A DNA stretch of 63,533 bases, the filler included. It is 13 parts of 13 records of this genome, joined end to end, with 100 filler letters (N's around TTAATTAATTAA, not from the genome) between each part and the next. Parts side by side here need not be neighbours in the genome. Positions count along the whole stretch, not along the records: positions 56,293 to 60,378 come from SRR7504441_8444; positions 60,479 to 63,533 come from SRR7504441_8466; 11 more parts are not named here. One strand, 5' to 3'. Made by a program: the position numbers and the translations under genes. Numbering within the stretch: position 1 is the first letter of the stretch; every line of letters starts with the position of its first letter. Under the pieces are notes generated by a model that made no database searches, was not told where the DNA came from, and was given only the letters and a program-made list of their open reading frames with translations. Positions 56,324 through 63,533 of the stretch are shown here, one piece after another.

Positions 56324-57167
56324 ATGCGGGGGCACCGGGCCCCCAGGCCGACCCGCCGGCTGAGCAACAGCACCGGGCATGCACTGGGTGTGGACCCGGT
56401 GCAGCGGGACCGGCTGCTTGCCCGGCAGCTGGCTGGGATGGAGCGGGCCCAGCAGCTTGGCGCTCGCCGCAAGGCCGATGCCACACAGCGGGCCGATTCG
56501 ATCCGCACGGCCGAGCCTGCCCCCCCCGGCCGAGAAGACGCGGCGGCGGCAGCCGAGGCAGCCGCGCGCGGGTCGGACGGGCGAGACAGCGTCACTCAAG
56601 CTGGCCATGTCGCTCCAGCAGCAGGAGTGGGGTGACGGGCCCGACTCTCACGAGAGACAGCGACGGGCCGCGGTGATGTCACAGGCCGAGGCTCGGCTGG
56701 CGGGGGGGAACCGGGTGGTGGACGAGGCATATGTGCGGGAGCTGCAGCGGCTGGACGACGAGCAAGCCTCGCGCGAGCTGGTGGCCCGGCTGGCGGGACC
56801 GCGGGCAGGCGGGCCGATGGGCGGGCCGGGTGGAGAGGATGAGCTGGAGAAGGCGATCAGAGCCTCGCTGGAAGTGTGTACGCGTCAGGAGCCGGAGATG
56901 AGCTACGAGCAGATGGCCGAGCTGTCCCCGGTGCAAGTCGGGCTGTCGGAGGCGGCGATCGGGAGACTGGAGCGGTGCACCGTGGATGCGGCCAAGCAAC
57001 AGGCCTGCGTGATATGCCTGGCCGAGTGGGAGCTGGGCGAGACGGCGGTGCTACTGGGGTGCGGGCATCTGTTCCACCCGGGCTGTATCGAGAGCTGGCT
57101 CGCCGGGCAAACGAAATGCCCTGTCTGCAAGGCAGTGGTCCAAGGAGAGCGGACCGTGCTCGAGTAG
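56324..57167 (+). CDS. RING-H2 E3 ubiquitin ligase with a UIM-like motif (5' structure uncertain)
   Basis: EDELEKAIRASL, MSYEQMAEL, and RING-H2 CVIC...CGHLFHPGCIESWL....CPVCK. Confidence 0.85.
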
Positions 57168-57463
57168 AATCAACATGTACAACTTCTATAGTAATTAATC
57201 GCCACCTGGGTGGTGAACTCGTACTCAGGGTTGAGAGAGCTTGGTACTTTGAGATATCATTGCATCTGTGTACTATAAACACCATTTAATAGTTAAAGTT
57301 TAATAATTTTGAAAGCCAAATCGTCCCTTAGCACTACCTGTACTCCACGTGGGGTCGTCCAAGGAAGTTTACTAATTAGAATCACTTGAGAGCATGCTGG
57401 AGCGCCGATCACCGTCGCCAAGCATGCCGCCGCCGCGATAGTAAAGCCGTAGATCCTTCTGAA

Positions 57464-59787
57464 TCAGCAGAACAAGCTCTTATAAAGTGGCTCCCACTCC
57501 TTCCAGAACGTCTGCGCTGTCGGGCTCCCATCCGAGTTCTGCACTCTCTTCACCGACTGCACCGCGCCCTCGAACCGCTGTAGGTAGGAGGCATGCCGCA
57601 CCGCGCTGCGGATCACCGCTTCGGCGCATTCAGCGGCCTGCCAGATGTAAAGTCCTGTGCTCGAGTGCACCACGAGCGCTGTGTCACTGCACAGCTGCCG
57701 CTCACCGCGCAGCACTCCCTGCTTGAGCGGCTCCGGGAAGCTAAACCCTCCGACCAGCCGGGCCGCGTGCGTGAAGCTGTCCAGGCTGTCGGCGGTCGGG
57801 TTAGGCTGGACGAGGTACACTCTGGCGGCTCGGTCTCTTGAGTAACCGGACCATGCTGTTGCTCGGGGGGTCATGTCCACATCTAACCTCTTCTGCCATT
57901 CTAGCAACTGACAGGTGAACCCGTTGTTGGGCTGGCAGATCCCGCGTACATCGCGCACCCGCTGCAGAGCCTGGTTGTACGACAAGCCGCGGTGCCACAT
58001 TATGTAGGCCATCACAAAGCTACAAGAGCGCGATACGCCTTGATGGCAGTGGACCAGCACCTTGCCGCCGCTCTGTTGCACTTGCTCCATCATCTCGAGC
58101 ACGCTATAGAAATATCTATCGATCTGCTCACTGGGCGCATCGGCCAGCGGCAGCTTATGATACGTCAACGCTTGGTGCGGGCTGGGTATGGCTGTGGCAG
58201 CGCAGTTGAGCACATCCGTGATGCCTCGCGCCTGGAGCATCGCCAGGTCCGTTGCCACCGCCTCGCCCGCGATGAACAGCCAAGGCTCGATCTCGGAGCA
58301 CTGCAATCGGAAATGGGCCAGCTTTTGGAGCTTTCGTGCAGATTCAGTCTGCCCGTAGAGCTCATCGTCTTCAACGTACGGCTGGTCAGGCGCGCTCTGA
58401 GCAGCCAGAGCCAGCGAGGGTGGGCCGCCTCGTGCGGTCATGGGCGGCTCGGCGGTGTCGGAGGTTGGTATGGCCAAGCCGGGCACGCGTGCTGTGTCCT
58501 GAGCAGGTCCAGCCAGAGCCAGCTTTGGCACGGCGGGCGCTGGCGCATTTACCGGGGCCACCTGAAGCGACACAACGTTCCGCACCCGCATCGAGCTGTC
58601 CGCCTTCCTGTCGGCCGGTGGCGCGGCCCTGTGCGTGATAGACCCATCACCACTCGAGTCCCTGCTTGGGGCAGCTGGCTCCCTGGGCGGCACAGCCAGC
58701 GACGGCACCGCACTGCGTGCCGTGACCGGTCCGCTCTGCGCCTCGGCCTGCCTGGCCGGGATAGCTAGTGACGGCACTGCAGGTCGCGCGGTGGCCGGAG
58801 TCCGTAACGGCACAGTGAGGGTCGGAACAGCTGGCTGTGATGAACTCGTAGCAGGTTCGGTGTCGAGATCGTCGCTCTCGTCGCTCTCTTCCTCCATTGG
58901 CTCGCGCACGGGGGGGCGCGGTCTCCTGGCCGGGGCCTTGGCTTGCTGCCGGCGGACCGGGCTGCGCTTCTGCCATGTGTGCCTCTCAACAACGACTCTA
59001 TGCACCTTGACGGCTTGAGTGGCATCCAAGTGGAAGTGGCAGATTCCGTTATCAAACTCGGCCATCTGCTCCAGGTGGACCGAGCCTGCCCACCCATATA
59101 TACACAGCCTTCACGGGGCGCACCGTCCGGCTCGCGCTGGATGCTCTCCGTCCCAAGCCGGCGCAGCTTGCCCATCCGGGCCACAGACTGCCACAGCGCA
59201 TCCCCGCGCGCCCGGCCTTCCTCGGCGGCCCCCGGCGCGCCTCTTATCTGCACCTGCGCCGACCGCTGGCCGGCCAGCCCGGCCTCCAGCTGCACCTGGC
59301 AGCCGGGGTCCATTACCCTGCCAGCAGCCTGCACGTGCCCCTGGGCCACGGCCATCACCCACTCGTCCACACTGCCCACCACCGGGCCGCTGCCCTCCGG
59401 CGCCGCCCGCCGCCTCTTGCCCGGCGGGGGCGCCTCGCGAATCCTGGCCGCCAGCAGCCTGTCGAGCTTCTCTTTCGAGTCCTTGGGACTGGAACAAGTA
59501 AGCCGCGGGAACAGGAGTTCGGGGTCCGGCCCCGTGAACTTGCAGGCCGGCTCCTCCGGCACCGTGTTTAGCCCGCCCGTCCAGCACCGGTCGGGCGACT
59601 GATTGAGTTGGTCCCGGGCGTGCTGCAGCTCGGCAGTCAGTCGGGCCACTCGGGCCCGGAGCTTGCGATTCTGTTGGGAGAGCGCGCTGTACGACGGCTC
59701 CTGGTGCAGCGATTGGGCCAGACGCCCCGCACGGGAGTGCCCGGACGACCGGCGGCCCGGACTTGGCGGCGGGCGCGGCGTGAACAT
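57464..59787 (-). CDS. Dual-specificity (MAPK) phosphatase with a C-terminal gelsolin-like segment, plant MKP1-like
   Basis: CSEIEPWLFIAG, active site VLVHCHQGVSRS, CQPNNGF and LYIWQAAEC. Long disordered N-terminus, probably from upstream exons. Confidence 0.85.
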
Positions 59788-60013
59788 AGGACCACGCCAC
59801 CCGGCCGTCGCGGCCTTCTTTCCAATCGAGGGTGGGTGTATTTTGGGAATTCGAAGCGACCTGAAGCACTCCGATGGTGAAGTTCTTGAGGCCTGCAAGT
59901 GCTCCGATAGTGAAGCTCTTTCAAGAGGCCTGCGAGACCTGTCTAGTGGCTAAAAAACGTAACAACCGGCAAAGAATGTTACAAACTTACACATAGGATT
60001 GAATCAAGCATGC

Positions 60014-60378
60014 TCACAGCACAGTCACGCCATAAGGATTGTAAAACTGGCCCATGTCCATCGTTCTTACGTGCTTCCCATCTTCCATGCACAACACTTG
60101 CAAGCGGCTATTGCCAGTGTCGGCCACCACCAGGTTGCCACGCCCGTCCACAGCCACACCCTCCGGATGCTTAAACTGCCCAGGCTGGCTCCCAAAGCTC
60201 CCAATGGTCCGTGCATCGCTGCCATCTTCCAGCCGCAGCACGAGCACTCGATGTTGGCCAGCGTCCACCAACACTAGATTGCCTTGCCCGTCCACTGCAA
60301 CGTCAACTGGCGCTTTAAACTCGCCGTCACCGCTCCCGTAGTTGCTAAAGGTCCGCACGTGGCTGCCGTCCTCCAGCC
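60014..60378 (-). CDS. NHL-repeat beta-propeller protein, C-terminal fragment
   Basis: Repeats GEFKAPVDVAVDGQGNLVLVDAGQHRV and GQFKHPEGVAVDGRGNLVVADTGNSRLQV. Confidence 0.85.
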
Positions 60379-60480
60379 NNNNNNNNNNNNNNNNNNNNNN
60401 NNNNNNNNNNNNNNNNNNNNNNTTAATTAATTAANNNNNNNNNNNNNNNNNNNNNNNNNNNNNNNNNNNNNNNNNNNNAA

Positions 60481-63400
60481 TCATATCGAAACCGCGGCTA
60501 CCATTGTCTTTGGGTTGAAAGAATTGCAAGGGAAGCGCCGCTTCTTGTTTCGTTCATCAATGTCTTGTGACAGCTGCCTGAGATCGGCTTGGAACCCATC
60601 AAAGATCCGCTGAGTCTCGCTGAGATGCTCGTCGTTGAGGAGCAGGTGCTTGAAGTCGTTGAGCAAGCGAGGAGTCAGCTGCGACGTCATCAGGCCAATA
60701 TTCAAACCCTGAAAGGTCGCTTGGATATCTGCAGAGGTGGCACCTGCACCGCCTCAGCCCGGCCTGCACTGCGCATTGCTACCTGGTCGAATCTTCGCAG
60801 AGGCGAAGGTAGGATTAACCAGATAGTCTGCCACGTTGCCGACTTGGTTGTGAATTCCTGTCACTGTCACGATGAACGTGGTGATCACGTCCACTAGCGT
60901 CGACTTGGAGTCCAAGCGCTGAAGGATACGTAGCCCTGCAGCCGCAAATGACTAAAAGGGCGAACCAGGAACTCACCATCGTAGAACGCCGACAGCTCGT
61001 GGTCGTGCATAATGTCCGCATCGGTCGCATAATAAACATCCACGTAAGCCGATACCATCTTGCGGACCACTGCAGTGTATTCGTCTAGATCCCGACCGTA
61101 TGGGTACAGCTCCTCTTCTAGTGGCCGTGCAGCGTCTTCCTGGACAATCTGGTCCATCCCGGTTTGCGTATTGGCATCCCGGATGTGCGAGTATGACGTG
61201 AGCCGATAGCTGGCCGCGAGTGCATCCTGAAGGCCCTTCCATGTCAGCGAACTCGCCCTGCCCAAACGCTCAGCTCGCAGTGTCTTTTTAACGAGCACCT
61301 ATGAGCAGTCCCGCCTTCCACAGCCAGAGTCTTCACCGCACCCAGGTTGATCTCAATTGCGCCAAACCTGGTCAGCATTGTTACGTCAACAGATCACAGC
61401 GCCAGTCACGTGTGCGGCCGTAGCAGCCTGCGCATTGGGTGGTCCGGTCCTAGATTCTCAGTTGCCGAGGTTGTCAGGAAGTTGCTCGCCATGAAGTGCA
61501 CGCCAACCTGAAGCGGTTTCAGAACCCGTTCATACTAGGCGGGCACCAGATGGTCTTTGACAGTAGCCCCGGACAGGCAGGTGCATTTGAAAGCCCATTT
61601 AACATGGTCCCAATCAGGGTCGCCCCGAGTGACATTCCGGCGTGCTTCGGACCAGTACAACTTGACCAGATTCCCCGCAGCATCAAAGTAAGCGTCGGCA
61701 CCGTAGCGCTCAAACCCTGGCCGGACCTCAAACTGGGACATCCATCGCCAGACATTCCGGAACTTGATCTCACTATCGCCCTCCACCCGCTCCATTCTGT
61801 GAGCGGCGATTCCAGCAAACGCATACCTCGAGATGGCCTCGTCTGACTGGAGCTCCGCCCACGGGAACAATTCTAACATCTTGAGCTCCACCCGACTGCC
61901 AGCCTCCAGGATCTGGGGCACCAGCTCTGGGTTGGGCCAGTTGGTGCTGATGTCAGCAAGCGGATACAGGTAATTGTTCCGCAACAACTCGAACAGCACT
62001 GTGCTCAGTTCTGCCCCAAACCCTTCGGTGTTGTCACCCTTGGTCGGGATTGTACAGCTCTCAGGAACTTTGCCACCGTATGAGGTCGGGCAATACACTA
62101 GATTCTTCCTTGGCAGGTCCATCTTGTATGTCGGCACAGTGGCGGCAGTGCCAAGCACAGCAGGGTTGCTAAAGTCGATTCCTCCCGATTCATTACGTGG
62201 GGTAGCCAGCACTTTCAGTACGCGATATAAGCTTCGGGTATGGGTGTCCACCTGATCGAGACTTGCAGCTCCAGCGTCGCAGGCCGCTGGGAAGCTTTTC
62301 AGATCCGAGCTGAAAAAGCATAACTCGCCCCCAGCCACCTGCGCCAACATGCTAAGCCAAAGCAGTCTAGATCGATACCGCTTGATGAATCAGAGGCACG
62401 CCCACGGCCACTAACAGAGCAAGCAGCGCCCCAAGAAACATTATCCGTAGCTGTCTTGTACGGGAGGTGGCCACGCGCTTTTGGATCAGAATGGCCGCTG
62501 TGAGCTTCGAAAGGCACTTGTCGACGAGCGGCGCAGAGCAGAACTCCTCAAAATCGAGCTCCCCATCACGATTGACATCGGCTTCCTTGAAGAGGCACTT
62601 TAGTTCGTCCTCCGCGTCAATTTTGAGTCTGCACGCAGCCAAAGTGAGCTTACAAGGCATCTCTGCGGCTCACCCCATGTTATGCAGCGTGGCGAAGAAT
62701 TCGTTGTACTCGACGCAACCGCTTTTATCACTGTCGTGAAGCTTGAAGAGCTCAGGGGATATCGTCTCGAGAACCATTTGATTCTTTTTCCATTCCTCAG
62801 GCTCGTTCAGGGCAGCGTTGACCTCGGAGGAATGCGAAGCCAGAAGCTCAATGCTGCAGGCTTTTAGCTGCTCCTCATCGAATTGGTCTTGCTCGAACTC
62901 ACGAAGATTGATGTCACCCCACGCAACGAGTCGATCATCCGCAGCTTTGCATGCAGCAATCACCAGCGGGAACCTGCACCACTGTCAGTAGCTCTGCGGG
63001 CCACGAGCGCATACGTGAGCATCTCTGCGATTGACGAGTAGAGCTGATAGTAGAGCCCTCCTTGGATGTAATACGGCCAAATGCTGTTGAGGAAGCTGAG
63101 TACCATGCCAACCATCCCCAGCGCCAGCCGCTGGCTGTTCCTAGGGTGAGTCTCTCGTGCCATTAGCACGCCAAAGGCATAAACCAGGCCTGCGTATCAA
63201 CATCAGCGGCCAACTTGAAAGCAATAGACCTGATCCGGCAGCAACGATCTGAATGGAGGCCAGCATGTTGAACATGGGGTAGTCAGAGATGTCTGTGCTC
63301 ACCTCCAGCACCACAAACACAAGATGATGCAGAGCAAACGTAATCCGCGCGTACCCGAATCCTGCCGATCGTTGAGCACCGCCTCTAGAGGCAGCACCCG

Positions 63401-63533
63401 GCGTGGAGTCTGTCACACAAAACTTGCGGTTTGGATCATGTACATGGGCCAAGATCAGAAACACAATCATGGTATACGCTGCAGCCATCTGAGTGGTGGC
63501 GTGATGGCAAAGAACAGGGATCCGATTGAATTT
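60481..63533 (-). CDS. Multi-TM + two EF-hands + TM + lipoxygenase fusion (5'-truncated, multi-exon)
   Basis: Spliced LOX motifs DHL|VGVH, HPMRRLLRPH, EINLGA, YPYGRD and TGIHNQVG, with C-terminal AVSI*. EF loops DSDKSGCVEYNE and DVNRDGELDFEE; several upstream TM helices. Confidence 0.85.

Noticed and set aside
53056-63533. NOX, phosphatase and LOX as a Ca2+/oxidative-burst gene cluster
   Set aside because: They lie on three different contigs separated by artificial spacers, so adjacency carries no information.
1-63533. rRNA, tRNA, CRISPR arrays, intact transposases or prokaryotic operons
   Set aside because: None was recognisable by eye. The gene structure is eukaryotic throughout.

Overview
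This window is not one continuous locus. It is 13 short contigs (about 3-11 kb each) joined by identical artificial 100-nt spacers (N44-TTAATTAATTAA-N44). The DNA is from a gene-dense, GC-rich microbial eukaryote that I cannot name from sequence alone. It uses the standard genetic code and has many tiny spliceosomal introns (mostly 37-45 nt, GT-AG and frequently GC-AG), which fragment the ORF track. After splicing by hand, the recognisable genes are: a SKIP16/FBXO3-like F-box-ApaG protein, a cytochrome b5-fused desaturase, a bacterial-type alkyl-DHAP synthase-like oxidase ending in SKL, two GHL15-like secreted glycosidases, a carboxylesterase, a sulfatase, a DH-PH RhoGEF, an EF-hand polycystin-like channel, kinesin, UTP23, SFT2, DLST (two lipoyl domains), a GSTCD-like methyltransferase, an EF-hand NADPH oxidase, a RING E3 ligase, an MKP-like phosphatase and a lipoxygenase. 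The strongest novelty candidates are: (1) a PH + dynamin-like GTPase + EcsC protein with a J-domain inserted inside EcsC; (2) a multi-TM, EF-hand, membrane-tethered lipoxygenase; (3) a surface protein built from about 10 copies of an unrecognised Cys-rich module; and (4) the intron architecture, plus transposon-footprint-like motifs in intergenic DNA. All family calls come from motif recognition, with no database searches, and all exon boundaries are manual inferences.
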